Shown here: positions 1 through 13,957 of the stretch, piece after piece | How the letters are laid out: each line of letters starts with the position of its first letter | How positions within the stretch are numbered: position 1 is the first letter of the stretch | Source: Octopus vulgaris | Taxonomy: Eukaryota | Reading direction: 5' to 3' | Assembly (NCBI GenBank): GCA_951406725.2 | Contig: OX597823.1 | Location: forward strand, 110,484,001 to 110,548,000 | DNA: 64,000 nucleotides | The notes under the pieces: model-generated | Seen by the model: the letters and a program-made list of their open reading frames with translations, nothing else | Told to the model about the DNA's origin: nothing | Databases searched by the model: none | Position numbers and translations under genes: made by a program

Positions 1-33
1 GTAGTTTTAAAATATTTAAATAAAACGATATTA

Positions 34-210
34 AAAATAGAAATATTTCTAAATCTCTAAAAGAGAGATATACAGTAACAGCTCCATAAAGTGATGACTT
101 TTTGCCAACCTGGAACTGCCACATTATGTTGGCAAAAAGTCATTACTTTCTGGTGCTGTTACTGTTTATCTCTTCTTTTAGAGATTTAGAAATAATAATA
201 TTTCTATTTT
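34..210. repeat. Inverted repeat (arms 34-109 and 128-210), probably an inverted Penelope-like pLTR fragment
   Basis: AAAATAGAAATATT...TTTTTGCCAAC is mirrored by GTTGGCAAAAA...AATATTTCTATTTT with a few mismatches. 109-146 also recurs as a direct repeat at 466-502. Confidence 0.8.
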
Positions 211-293
211 GTAGATCAGTGACTGTGTATCACTTTAATATCTACATATTTTCGACAGCAGTTCAGTAATAAGATCTAGCCAACAAAGCTACT

Positions 294-334
294 CCACGCT
301 GATAAAGAGCAATAATCCAGAAACCGGTCCGTGG
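294..334 (+). ncRNA. Degenerate minimal type I hammerhead ribozyme motif
   Basis: CCACG-CTGATAA-[14 nt]-GAAA-CCGG-TC-CGTGG. Stem I is CCACG/CGTGG, stem III is the palindrome ACCGGT, and the triplet is GUC. G8 is changed to A and stem II is poor. Confidence 0.55.
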
Positions 335-769
335 TTGCGAAGTTGTGCTGGTTGGAGGTGCTGATCTCCCTTGTTCTAAAATATAAGGACACAGGATTTT
401 TTGTGTCGTATAGCCAGCTGGAAACGATGTTTCCTGGAGGTAAATAACGGTAATATTCGTCCCATCCTGGAATTGCACATTATGTTGGCAAAATGTCATT
501 ACGATATTAAACATTCAACTGTTTTATCGTTACTGTAAATCAAATTAATTTTGTCACATTATTTTCACCGTTTTAATGATTTGTGAAATATTCATGCTTT
601 CTGAGATACATGAAAAGTCACCTATCTTAAAGGAAGAATTGGGTTCGTCTTAGAGAAAATACATACAATGTTCCTAAACCTTGAAAACTCCCGGGTCGGA
701 TATTACAGACAATTTCCAAAAATCATAGGCCAAGTAGTTTCACAAGAAAGTTTTGCATGCTCAAGATGT

Positions 770-1140
770 GTGCTATAAGCATGGTTATAATGGAAACACT
801 CGCAGGTGAAACTGTCTAAGGTGTGCGCAGGGGTGGGAATGAAGCATTCTACAAACATTCCAATGTCCTTGCATTGCTGATCTATGTGTTTATGTTGATC
901 ATTTGATATTAGGCTTGTGACATTTGATATTAGGTTTGGTTGTCATCAGAATTTATCGTGAAGATCGAAATACCGATTACTTTGACAAATGAAAGAAGAT
1001 GGACTTACTCTCTTTGGTGGCAATGGTGAAGGAGGTTTTGTGGTTGCACTTAGTTGAAAGATTTAAAGACTGAATGTTTTTTTGTTTGAGACCACGCTCT
1101 TTTCATTGTAACTACATTTTAGAGAGAACATGCTAAAAGT
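770..1140 (+). mobile_element. Decayed L1/Tx1-like LINE ORF2 C-terminal fragment
   Basis: Broken translation CLRCAQG...FQCPCIADLCVYVDHLI...LVAMVKEVLW resembles the Cys-rich C-terminal region of L1/Tx1 ORF2. Stops and frameshifts are present. Confidence 0.45.
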
Positions 1141-1320
1141 GTGCCGGATTAATAAATGCTGCGTAACAATATTTATAGTGACAGACGAGGATGCGTGGTA
1201 AGAAGCTTGCTTCCCAACCACATGGTTCAGGGTTCAGTTTCACTACGTGGCACTTTGGGTGAGTGTCTTCTATTATAGTCTCAGGCTGACCAATGACTGA
1301 AACAAACAAAAGATAGACGC

Positions 1321-1712
1321 TCTTTACTCTCTATTACTCTTTTACTTGTTTCAGTCATTTAACTGCGGCCATGCTGGAGCACTGCCTTTAGTCGAGCAAA
1401 TCGACTCCAGGACTTATTCTTTCTAAGCCCAGTACTTATTCTATCGGTCTCTTTGCTGAACCGCTAAGTTACGGGGACGTAAACACACCAGCATCGGTTG
1501 TCAAGCAATGTTGGGGGGACAAACACAGACACACAAAGATATACACGCACATACATATATATACATATATACGACGGGTTTCTTTCAGTTCCCGTCTACC
1601 AAATCCACCACTCACAAGGCATTGGTCGGCCCGAAGCTATAGTAGAAGACATTTGCCCAAGATGCTACGCAGTGGGACTGAACCCAGAACAATGTGGTTG
1701 GTAAGCAAGCTA
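1321..1712 (-). mobile_element. tRNA-derived SINE family A (internal TA/CA microsatellite)
   Basis: Matches the many other copies in the window: head GGTTCAGTCCC, body GCCTTGTGAGTGG, tail GACTGAAACAAGTAAAAGAG. Confidence 0.85.
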
Positions 1713-2431
1713 AAATGTAGACAATGAAAATGAGGGAAAATCGTCATTGGTGCACCATTTAAAAATGAGGTGAAAGACACATCCAACAGATGGCATAATG
1801 ATTTGAGTGACTCTAATTCCAAGCTCAAATCGGCGGTCTTCCTCCTTACATAAATGTTGGTGATGTAGAAAAAGGAGACTTACATATATGATCAACTCTT
1901 AATTTTCCTTTAAAGATTGTCCACGCTTGCGCATGTATGCGCAGCTGCATTGTCAGGTCAACCCTGATTGACTGATATTCCACGATTGCAATATTATTTT
2001 GTGCTACCTGGCGGTTATTTTCAACGCAAAGGTTCTCTGTTATTTTCACATTTTCATCTTCTAAGGCAGGTAGCGTATCATATGAGAAGTAAAGATCTTT
2101 TTCTTAGAACAACTGAAGTGTGGTGACCAGGTTTATTTAAAGCACTTTTGATACATGTTTTTTTTTTATCTCCAAGAATATTTTCTAAGAGCTACTGTAA
2201 GATATTCTGTTAGAAATAATTTGGGGCTGCAACAGTATTTTACAGTTCTTTGTCAGTGAAATCTGATAGAAAATGTGGATTGGAAATAAATAATCGAAAC
2301 AAATGACCAAAGCAAATATATTTTTTTGTATTTACTCCGAGTTACTTAGCTTTACAAAACGGTAATCTTACTTAGTTTATCCTTTACAAGATTGATTAAA
2401 CATGTATCAAGGTACATGATACATGTACCTA

Positions 2432-2851
2432 GGCGTAGGAGCGGCTGTGTAGTAAGTAGCTTGCTTACAAACCACATGGTTCCGGGTACAGTCCCACTGC
2501 GTGGCACCTTGGGCGAATGTCTTCTACTATAGCCTCAGGCCCACCAAAGACTTGTGAGTGGATTTGGTAGACGGAAACTGAAAAGAAGCCCGTCGTATAT
2601 ATGTATATATATATATGTGTGTGTGTGTGTGTATGTGTGTATGTGTGTTTGTGTGTCTGTTTGTCCCCCCCCAACATCGCTTGACAGCCGATGCTGGTGG
2701 GTTTGCGTTCCCGTAACTTAGCGGTTCGACGAAAGAGACCGATAGAATAAGTACTAGGCTTACAAAGAATAATTCCTGGGGTCGATTTGCTCGACTAAAG
2801 GCGGTGCTCCAGCATGGCTACAGTCAAATGACTGAAACAAGTAAAAGAGTA
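2432..2851 (+). mobile_element. SINE family A, full length
   Basis: A-box-like GGCTGTGTAGTAAG and a B-box-like segment, CORE-like GCACCTTGGGCGAATG, internal (TA)n(TG)n, tail AAACAAGTAAAAGAG. Confidence 0.9.
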
Positions 2852-4429
2852 CTTGGATTAATAAAAGAGACCGAAACCTTAAAATAATGTGTCCAAGCAC
2901 TGCTTGTCCAGAAACTGTCCAAGTTATCAAAAGATTAAAACCATAAAGAAAATATTGTCCTAGTTTCATTATTACTTAAAATTATGGTGTTTTATTTTAA
3001 GTCTTATTTCTGTTACATACATTTTACTTTCTTTCATACTGTTCTATATATTTTATAATATTTTTTTTTATATTTACATATTGTATTTTATCTACTATAT
3101 ATTTATTTTTTATATATCTTGTAACTATACATAGATATTTTAATTTTTAGTTTAGTGTTCATTACTGTACTTACAATGCTAGATATATATTCTTATATTC
3201 TATATTTCATAAATTATATTTCATATCTTATACAATAGCTATATACGTATTTTTGCATAGCTTTTCATTATTTTACTTACATGAAAATATTTCATTTTTG
3301 TATTTTCATACTTTATATTTATACATTTAAATGTTATTTTATATCTCATGGTTTATATACTTTCGTTTTTACTTACATTTTCCCTATTTAATTGATTTTC
3401 ACATTACGTCTTTTTTAGGATGTATATATTTTATATCAGATATTTTTATTTTAAAATAGATTTTTTATTTTGTTTATTTTATTGCACGTACTTTAAATTG
3501 CTTCTTATATTTATATATTACATTCTTCTTTAGTTTCATTTTAAATTTGGTCTTGATTATTGTACATATTTTCAAATATTACTTTTATACATATATATTT
3601 TTATATTTTAATATTTTATATTTATTTTAATCTCCATACTTTATGTGTGTGTGTATGTGCATATATATATATATATATATTATTTTCTTTGTCTATATTT
3701 TACATTTATATTTTGGTATTTTATATCATATTTTGTTTTATATTTCATGTATTCCATAGTTATATATATTTTATATTTTGAATTTAATATATATTTATAT
3801 TTTTATATTGATTTATTATTTCATATATAATTATATTTTTATATTATATTTGTATGTCATTTTTTATAGAATATACATATATTATATGTATATATTTATT
3901 TTCTATATTTATTCGGGTTTTTTTTCAGCTTATATTATTTACATTACTGTATTAATTTTCTCTTCTTTCTTCCTTTTTCAGACTGTTCTTATAGGATTTA
4001 TTTCAATTATGTCAAAATATATTTTGCTTCAGGGAAAAAGATGTCAGCCAGTCAAAGTTTATTCCTGTGATGTGGCCTGTATTTCTACATTCTACATATG
4101 TATAGTCATATTGAATATCCTTTGTGTTTATACGATAATTTGGAGTATATGTGAGACAGAGAGAGAGAGAGAGAAACATATGTGTGAGAGAGAAACATAT
4201 GTGTTTGTATAATTGTGTGTATCTTTATCTGCGTATGGATATGCAAAACTGTGAGTGTAATCCAAGGAGATTCATGCGTGTCTATGTTCATGTTAGTAGG
4301 GAGAATTTAAATGAGGAATTTTTGCCAGTGATTCTGAAGACGTTCGCATACTCACACAAATGAACACACAAACATATTATATACGCACAGCCATATATTA
4401 CAATATAAATGCACTAAATACAAGAAAAA

Positions 4430-4458
4430 AGTGATGATACTACTACTACTACTACTAC

Positions 4459-4490
<32 letters not shown>

Positions 4491-4556
4491 TTAATAATAA
4501 TAATAAAAATAATAAAAATAATAATAATGATGATGATGATGATAATGATGATGATG

Positions 4557-4617
<61 letters not shown>

Positions 4618-4724
4618 TAATAATAATGATAATAATAATGATAATAATAATGATAATAATAATAATAATAATAAAAATAATAATAATAATAATGATGATG
4701 ATGATAATAATAATAATAATAATA

Positions 4725-4756
<32 letters not shown>

Positions 4757-4765
4757 AATAATAAT
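4430..4765. repeat. (TAA)n/(TGA)n compound microsatellite
   Basis: Directly visible. Confidence 0.95.
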
Positions 4766-4769
4766 ACTT

Positions 4770-5140
4770 TACGTCTTGCAGTTATTCACAAAACGTGAGG
4801 CAGAACTGGACATCCTAGTCCGGTGTGTGCAGATTTTTCTCTAATGATATTAAGATGGAGTCTGGGCTCTCAAAATGCGCAATGATGGTGATGAAACGAG
4901 GAGTTTGTCAGGACAGAAATCATATGTTTGCCAAGTGGTGAGATGATGAAGGCAATTCAACCTCAATCCAGCCAAAAATACCTGGGAATACATGAGGCAG
5001 ATGAAATTAAACGCAACGATATGAATGAAAAGACAAAACGTGAGTACCTACGGCGAGTGAGAAAAATACCGGCTTCAAAGCTGAATGCCAGAAACATAAG
5101 TTCAACAATAAACTTATGTGCAAGTAGTTCGGTATGGTGC
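4770..5140 (+). mobile_element. R4/Dong-like non-LTR retrotransposon, RT C-terminal fragment
   Basis: LQLFTKREAELDILVRCVQIF / DIKMESGLSKCAMMVMKRG / KYLGIHEADEIK...EYLRRVRKIPASKLNARN. It abuts a (TAA)n tract. Confidence 0.75.
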
Positions 5141-6095
5141 TGGAACACGCGTGATATATTACAAAAACTGCAAGAAAAAGCTTATTACTGTTATTTAGCT
5201 CCAGATCAGCCTAGGTTAAGCAGGCCTATGATCAAAAGATTTCTTACTATGGCCATCACCTCATGTTTTGGTTTTATATGCCTTAATGTATATCATCCAA
5301 TATGATTTTTAATTTCATCTTTTTTAAGGTTTTAGTGTGTAATTATATACTCTGTAAATTAATTACACTCTTCATTAAGATGATTATAATATTAAGATGT
5401 TTAGCTGCTGTTCTTAATAAAACTGTAGTTCACAGAGAGACTCCCTCATTGCCTCATGAGAATAGGGATTCTAGAAAGGTCCTGGCAAGATTGATAGTGA
5501 GTAATTACAGAAAGCTTATAGCTACAAAGAAAAGCAAGACTACCATTCTCCAAGAAATTTTGCAATTACATTTGAGTAAAATGCACATTCAAGAAATAAT
5601 AATTGTTAAGGGATTAATTAAAAATTGTAGATATTTCACTTAGAATGACAGATCTTAGGCATATTTTACTAAAATTCACAATAATTGGCATCAAGCAATT
5701 GGCAGCTCTTCTACAAAAAAGATTCATCATTCTCACAGATGGATATGTTTTTTTCTCTATTGTACATGTATTAAAAAAAATCAATTGTTCATTATTTTGA
5801 GGAGAAAGAAATGACAAGGTAAGTTTGTGGGCAAATATTCTAAGCTGTTAATTGTTCATCATATTATTACTTTATTATTTTTATGATTTCATTGTCAGGA
5901 TTTTGTTATCAAAAGCTTTTGTTTGTTTTGCCTTTATTTATTGTTTAACTGGACATAAATTTCACAAGTCATTAATTATACATACAATACTATCAACAAT
6001 TCAATGATTTATATCCCAAAACAATATAAAATTTTATGATGTTATTGAAATATATATATTCATATACATACATACATACATACATATATATAAAT

Positions 6096-6133
<38 letters not shown>

Positions 6134-6174
6134 GTGTATATATATATATGAGAATACTCACACATATATATCAA

Positions 6175-6227
<53 letters not shown>

Positions 6228-6439
6228 GAGAATACTCACACATATATTCGTGTGTGTGTGAGACTATGTAAAGTTATATATAGGCTCACACATTAGGACA
6301 GTTAATGAATTTGAGGAGTAACATTGACTGAAATTGACACGGATTTCTCTCCAAGGCACATTGGAATATCTGCCTCATCATTAAAGCATCAAATTGATAA
6401 ATACACACTGAACATTTTGAGAATAATGAATCATAGCAA

Positions 6440-6627
6440 TATTGACCAAAGAATTCATTCTTCAACCAAATGGAAAGACAACTGACCTGATTTTGCTGTT
6501 TGGATCATAACACAAAACTATTTTTCTTGTGGAAGTCAACTGTACACTTAACATCGATATGATAAAAAAATATGGGAGAAAGGGCATATTTGATGCCAAC
6601 TGTTGAGAAAACTGCAAATCCTGTAAT
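6440..6627 (+). mobile_element. Decayed REL-endonuclease fragment of a non-LTR retrotransposon
   Basis: Broken KDN*PDFAVW...LVEVNCTLNIDMIKK...CQLLRKLQIL resembles the RPD...E/D...K motif series. Confidence 0.5.
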
Positions 6628-6681
6628 AAAAAAAAACAATTTTCATTTAATTGCCAATATTACTAAAGAAAAGTTTATGTA

Positions 6682-7350
6682 TTAGGTTATTTCACATGAA
6701 ATGACGTATTTGAAAGGTAACAATAAAGCATTTCAGAAGCGATAGAGAACTGATTTATTTAATCAAAATATGATCCATGTTCATTTATGATGTTTCTCTG
6801 TGTCATATATTCCATTTTTAAAAAAATTAATATTTTGCTGTGATAAACTGTCTGAATGCTTCAATTACCTCTCCCCTTTTTAAGAATGTTTTATTGCTTA
6901 TGAAAAGCTCAAAATGCTTAAATAAATGATGATTAGTGGAAGAGGTATCAGGGGAATAGGGAGGGTGTTGCAAAATCTCATAATTCGGGCTTTGCAACTT
7001 ATGGACCGTAGCTTGAGGAGTGTGAGGACGTGCATTGTCGTGGAGCAAAATTGGGCCACCTCTATTCACTACTCTGGGCTGCTTCTTTTTCAAATTCTCA
7101 TGCATACAATCAATTTCATGGCAATACGATGTTGCTGTTACCGTTCTCTTGTTGCAAAAATAAATAATGAATAACTCACTTCGCAGACCACCATACAGTG
7201 ACCCCCTAACTTTTTATGGTGCAATGGAGGGTTTGGGTAGTGTTTAGGTGACTCTCCTGCATCTAATCACTGTTCTGTTCTCCTGCTGTTGTCAAAGAGT
7301 ATCCATTTCTCATGACAAGTAATGATTTGATGCAAAAATGGAGATCATTT
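6682..7350 (-). mobile_element. Mariner transposon 3' portion (transposase pseudogene plus one TIR)
   Basis: ITCHEKWILFDN, VWWSAK, ILLHDNARPH and HPPYSPD motifs. Terminus TA+TTAGGTTATTTCACATGAAATG at 6680. The 5' part is missing. Confidence 0.9.
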
Positions 7351-7369
7351 ATTGGGTAGAACCTAATTT

Positions 7370-8560
7370 ACCACATACCTCACTGGTTGCTTCTTCTTGA
7401 TTTTTTCCCAAAGGAGTCTCCCTTGTTCTGCAGAAATGGTTTTCAGAAAGGATTTTAAGCACATTCTCCGCTCTAGCCTTCATGCTAGGACTATTTTGAG
7501 ACACAATTGCCTTGTGGAGACCAGGATCTGTATCCCTGTCGGTAGTCTCCACCTTGATAAACTTGTCAATGTCATCAAACTTGACTTTGTGCTCCAGTGC
7601 TATCCAAAGAAGAATATGGGCAGGAAAAAATTGCAGAGTAATCAACCATATAAAGGAAGGCTTGCATCATCCCAAAGATACATTTCTCCAGAAGCTTCAT
7701 AAATCTCTTCAACTTCTTTCCAAACACAGGAGAAATGAGAACAGGATTTGTCTTCTCTGATGATAATCTACCACTCCCCAATTCTACAGCAAGAAGTATA
7801 TCTTGTTCTATGTCCAGTTCATGAATCTTGTGATTATTTAATTGAAACAATTCTCTAAATATTTTAAGAATATCTGGTTTTAGAAAGCTGTAGTTTCTGT
7901 TTTTTTGTTTCAAGCATCCAGTGGTTCTTCACAGGTGTCAGGAAAATAGGCCAGGATATATTTAGCATGGCCTTTTTCTGAGATAAGTTGAGCCAAATGG
8001 AGGAAAATTTAGTATCATACTTTAGAATCCGTGGACTCTAAAGCAGTGATTCCCAAAGTCGGTTGTATTCCCCCCCCCCTTGGGGCGGTGGAAAGCTCTA
8101 AGGGAGCATTGAAGACAAGTGGGGCAATAACAGGGTAGTGATTCATGTAAAAATTGGGACAAAAATGGAGCAGTGAGTCATGTAAAAACAACAAAATAAT
8201 GGGTTTGTTAGATTAAGTTTTACAGTTGCTTTGAATTTGCTTCAGAAAGAGGTCTATGTTTTTGATGGTTAGTTGGAAAGGGGGCACTAGGAATGTGGCC
8301 CGGATGTCAAGGGGGTGGTAGCCCTAAAAAGTTTGGGAACGACTGCTCTAAAGTATAGGTTCTATCTCTCCATAGTCACTTCCATTTAGCTAAATCTTGT
8401 CATGGTGAAACTGCTATTGCAAGTTCAGATGTTGTCAAAGAAATGTTTGCTTAACAGATTGTACCTGATAGAAATTACTTAAGAATGTTGTGGTGGAAGG
8501 CAAAACTGTTAAGAGCTCCAAAATGTGCTTACTGTCACAAAAACACAATCTGGATGTCTT
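7370..8560 (-). mobile_element. Helitron RepHel pseudogene fragment (internally deleted, interrupted by a MITE)
   Basis: SKHFFDNI*TCNSSFTMTRF; NPVLISPVFGKKLKRFMKLLEKCIFG; HUH motif PAHILLW...DDIDKFIKVETTDRDTDPGLH...NSPSM. Confidence 0.8.
8044..8345. mobile_element. hAT-type MITE
   Basis: TIRs CAGTGATTCCCAAA / TTTGGGAACGACTG. Exact 8-bp TSD CTCTAAAG at 8036-8043 and 8346-8353. Confidence 0.9.
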
Positions 8561-10267
8561 TGTTTTGAACACATTTTTTATATTTAAATATATCAAGCAA
8601 ATACCAAAATGGACTGGTGTATTATTGACAATATAAATAAGGGATAACTAACACAACTTTTCCTGATCCCTTGCCCTGCATGACCCAATCTCCTATTCAT
8701 TTCCAGCCTTAGCTGCCATTTTTCTGAGCCCTTCTTTGACTGGTGCAATTCAGTAGCATCCCTTATTAAATAGGCCTGATGTACTAATAGCTTTATCACT
8801 TAGACTCACTCTTTTCATCTCATTCTATAATGAAGACATATTCATGTCTTCATACATTATAACATTCATTTCTATTTTTTTATACATGTTTTATGTCCCA
8901 CATGTTTTGTTTTGCCACTTCCATGTTAGCCCACATGGGGAATATAAAAACAGATCTCATTCTATAATGCTTGAGGACAGCCAATTTCATTGATACCAAT
9001 CTTATTTTCTTCTGCAGGCTTTGTTTACCTTTTCTTTTGGTCAGTATTTTTCTGTGGCATGCAGTTTTCCTCTTCACTATTTTTCAGTTTATCTTGCTCA
9101 CAATTCCAGTCAATTTGTTTTCTAGCATCCCGTCTTTCCACTGTTTTTGGTTCACTGATTCTTTTTGACTTTTTCTTCAGGAGTTCATAGAAGATTTCTC
9201 AGTCAAGAAGCTTGAAACAGAATACATTTTTTTTTCTATGGCAACCTGTTATTGTGTTTTTAAGGTGACAAGAAAGTCTGGTTACAGATAGACACTCATG
9301 TAACTGTTCTATATCATTGCAGAAATCGCAGAAAATTCTTAAATAATTTCACAGATTTTTTGCTTTTCATTTTACTTGTTCAAAATTAAATCAAACTTTG
9401 CACAGACCAAATTTACTTATATATAATATAAAGTCATAGAATTAAAAAAAAATACTCAAGTAAACCATGCAATGATTTATATAAGGAAAACAAAAAAGTA
9501 TCTCACATGATATCGATTTCATTTGAATTCTCAACTTTATAAAAGTATTAAAACATTTGCATAAAATTAGCATCAAACATTAACGTTCAAACAAATCAAT
9601 ATCTTTTTTTACACTATCAATATCAATATATTATTTCTTTATACAAATTTAAAATTTGTTAATCTTCCGGCTCCTATTAAAAAATTTATAATCCACATAA
9701 AATTTTTGCCTCTTTAAAAATATCTGCTCTTAATAGAAATTTATATTCATATAAACATATTTTGAAGCCCTTAAAAAATTTTATGCCCTTACTAAAAACT
9801 AAAACTTTTTCCAACCCCTCAAAATATGTTATACTCCTAAACATTTTATGCATCTCCATAAAAATTTTGTGCCTCCTTGATAATTTTCAGCCCCTCCTAA
9901 AATATTTACATTCACTGTTAATTCAAGATCTACACAGTTAATAAAAAATATTAAATCGTCAGAAAAAAATGTTATCAAGTAGTCTATCAAATTCCACACG
10001 ATAATGTTAAATAATCAAAAGTAAATTTTAAGGCAGACGCAATTTTCTAAGCCTCAATGACGAAGAGAAAGTTTATTTTTTAATTTTTCTTTGAGATGTC
10101 TGTTTATGAGTTTTTGAGTGAACACATACACATGCATGATTTCTAACATGCATAAATATATACTTTATTTACATAGAAACATACATGCATAAGCGCATCT
10201 ATGCCTGCATCTATACGTACATTATGCATGAATTCATACATATATATATACATGCATACATGCACAC

Positions 10268-10312
<45 letters not shown>

Positions 10313-10370
10313 AGCAGGCACACACACTCACTCATACACACATATAGAAAGATTTGATTGGAAAATATAT

Positions 10371-10595
10371 ACTCTACTCTTTTACTTGTTTCAGTCATTT
10401 GACTGTGGCCATGCTAGAGCACTGCCTTTTAGTCGAACTAATCAACCCCAGGACTTATTCTTTGTAAGCCTAGTACTGATTCTATCGGTCTCTTTTTGCC
10501 GAACCGATAAGTTACGGGGACGTAAACACACCAGCATTGGTTGTCAAGCGATGTTGGGGGTGGGGACAAACACAAACAAACAAACATATACACAC

Positions 10596-10678
<83 letters not shown>

Positions 10679-10803
10679 CACAAGGTTTTGGTCGGCCCGA
10701 GGCTATAGTATAAGACATTTGCCCAAGATGCAATGCAGTGGGACTGAACTCAAAACCATGTGGTTGGTAAGTAAGCTACTTACCCCACAGCCACTCTTAC
10801 GCC
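10371..10803 (-). mobile_element. SINE family A
   Basis: Family A body with an expanded internal (TA)n. Confidence 0.85.
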
Positions 10804-11152
10804 TATATATATATATATATATATATATATTGTAAGTTATGGTTATGTAGGAAGTAGGGTAATCCTGCATAATGCAAAAATAAAAATACTGATGGAATAT
10901 TCCAGTCAAAGCCTCTGTAAAATATAGAGTAGATAGACCAGTTTTAATAATTTGGGACACGAAAAAGAAATTATGTACAACAATCTATAATTTGTGTATG
11001 AACAGCAATGTTACATGGTTGAAGAACGCAGTCTATGAATGTAGAGGTTAGGCAAAGACTGGAAGGATATGAAGCTAGCATGCTCCCTTTGGATTTGCAA
11101 AATCAGTGCACAAAATGACAAATTGGGCATAATTGTTATCATATATACAGTA

Positions 11153-11541
11153 GGGGTAGGAGTGGGTGTGTGGTAAGAAGTTTGCTTACCAACCACATGG
11201 CTCTGGGTTCAGTCCCACTGCATGGCACCTTGGGCAAGTGTCTTCTACTATAGCATCGGGCTGACCAAAGCCTTGTGAGTGGATTTGGTAGACGGAAACT
11301 GAAAGAAGCCTGACGTATATATATATATATGTTTGTGTGTGTATATGTGCTTGTCCCCCCAACATCGCTTGACAACCGATTGTGGTGTGTTTACGTCCCC
11401 ATAACTTAGCAGTTCGGCAAAAGAGACCGATAGAATAAGTACTAGGCTTACAAATAATAAGTCCTGGGGTCAATTTGCTCGACTAAATGCAGTGCTCCAG
11501 CGTGGCCACGGTCAAATGACTGAAACAAGTAATAGAGTAAA
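11153..11541 (+). mobile_element. SINE family A
   Basis: Full-length family A copy. Confidence 0.85.
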
Positions 11542-11559
11542 GGACAGGCAACTATGCTG

Positions 11560-11710
11560 ATACAGTCTTATGATGCAAATCAACAAGAATAGCTGCATAA
11601 GGAAGAGTCCATTCATAGTTGTAGAGGGAGGTCATGGAAAATGGAGATCCAGGAAGACGTGGTACAAAGTAGTGAAGACTGACCTCAGATTGCTGAACTC
11701 ATGGACGAGA
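11560..11710 (+). mobile_element. RTE-like LINE 3' coding remnant
   Basis: VEGGHGKWRSRKTWYKVVKTDLRLLN resembles the RTE terminal GRPRKTW motif. Confidence 0.5.
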
Positions 11711-12793
11711 TAACTGTGATTCAGCATACCCAAGAAGACCTTTACATCTCTGTAAAAATGGGACCTAAATACATATCGTTAATGTCTATACCTCAACATC
11801 AATCTATACCTCTTAAACCTTTCCCACAACACCATAGTTACATCTATTCTTCCTTAGCCCCTCTACCCACGGCACCATTTCCTCAGCTGCCGTATATATA
11901 AGACCAGAACTCATTTTTGTCTAAACTTGTACTGCCTTATTCAACATTATTCTGAAAATAAATCGAAAATAAAGACTGAATTACATTCATATGGAACTGG
12001 AACAAATTCCTCCACATAATACCAGACGAAACACCTAATCTTGAAGAACGAAAACCTGCCAGATTGTGAGAGGCATGATGTCCTAAAGTATAACTTAAGA
12101 AGCCAAACCCTAAGCCTCGTGCGTATACATGTGTGAGTGGTGTGAGTGGTGTGAGTGTCTATGTGTGTGTGTGTGTGTGTGTGAGTTTGTTTGTATGCCT
12201 GCAAATGTTCATACACTCTTATAATATATACAATATATATACTAACTCTATTTCATTCTTGTTATATGCACAATCTACATAAGATTTTATAGATATAATT
12301 CTTATATGATGTCAGTCAGTTTAGCATGATTTATACATACATATGTGTATGTATGTGTGTGTATATACATACATATATATGTATATATATATATATATGC
12401 ATACACACACACACATATTTATTTACATACACACACATATATATATACACATTTATACACAGGCACATCTATGCACAGACTGTATACATCTAATTTATGT
12501 CTGATGTTGGTAAGTGTGTCAAGTCTATTTCTTGATTAATAAAATAAAGCAATTTAAATTCTATTAATAAAATTGGTTTCTTCAGCCAATTTTATCATAA
12601 ACAAATTTCTTTGTTGAATTTTCCCTCCCACCCTTCCTTTCCCTCTTTCCCACCCTTTCCTCTATCTATCTTTCTTTCTTTCTTTCTTTCAGTCCATCTA
12701 TTACTCTTTCTTTCCATTTTTATTCCATGCTTTCTTTTCCCGTTTTTGTTCTTGTTTTCAAATTTAATTTAATTCAGGTCACTTGAATACTGT

Positions 12794-12846
<53 letters not shown>

Positions 12847-13957
12847 AAATAAGAACCCATTTATGTATGGAAGCAAGGAGTTTGATTTGGTCTACTGTAT
12901 GCTTCAACACACTTTATGACATATCCCTGTCTGAACTCATTATTGTTAATTATATGTCTGTGTGTGTTAATTATAGAGATAATTTGCAGAGTTTATAAAA
13001 TGCAGATAAAATCTGGAATCCAAGTTAGTTTAGCCATAGGTAAACTGTGTGAGTATAATCGAATCCATTACATTGTGTAACAAAATTATTTTTGTCTTCG
13101 GTCAGTAAGTGTTATTTCCTACTTGCTTCTATCTAGAGATCAAAGGAAATGACTACTGTTCCCTTCAAGCTTGGCTTTTGTAACCAAGACATCAATATTT
13201 TGAAACTAACCTATTTTCCATTCCATTTCAGACAGATTCAGCGCTGAGTTACTGAAGCAGAATTATCATAATAGCAAATATTCTGCTCAATACCACAGAT
13301 TTGCTTGTCAGTTGCTTGACATTAACCTCTTGAGCATGTCACACAGTAGTTGACAATGTGTGCATCTCTGATCATGGGCAGGAGTAATAAGAGAGCAGCA
13401 TAATCATGTGCTGAGAAGGATTCTTTGGAATTTGAATAAATGAAACAAAAGCAAATTTGAAGGCAACATTAGCCATTTTTCATACTTTCTAGGGGTAAGC
13501 AAATAGGAAATAACAATTCCTACCCAAGAAAAAAATCGTGAAATACAGTATAATGTTTATAGAAGAGAAATTCAAAGCAATGCATCTCTTTCCAATAAGA
13601 GGTGAAAACTCAATGTTTCATGCATTTAGTTTTTTACAGAATTTAGTTCTCTGTTGATGCTCTCAATACTGTGAGTTTGAAAACCATCTAGACTGAAATT
13701 CCTCTTTCAATTTTCCAATATTATCAACCAGCAAATTAATTCAAAGAAGAAATTATAAAGTTATATTATTTCTCTATGAAATATATATATCTGAATTAGA
13801 AACTGAAGTGCTCTGTTATCTATCAATATAATTGGCAGTGTGCCTGTATTTCTTTCTGTTTATGCATCCCAAATGGGAGATAACTTTGGACTTATTGGAA
13901 TTTTCTCTTAGTATAGAAAGTGCAAACTAATTTGAGTGTTGCCTATTATATGAAAGT

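Noticed and set aside
2990-3960. Very T/A-rich stretch with hydrophobic ORFs
   Set aside because: Low-complexity DNA with no mitochondrial or membrane-protein motif recognised.
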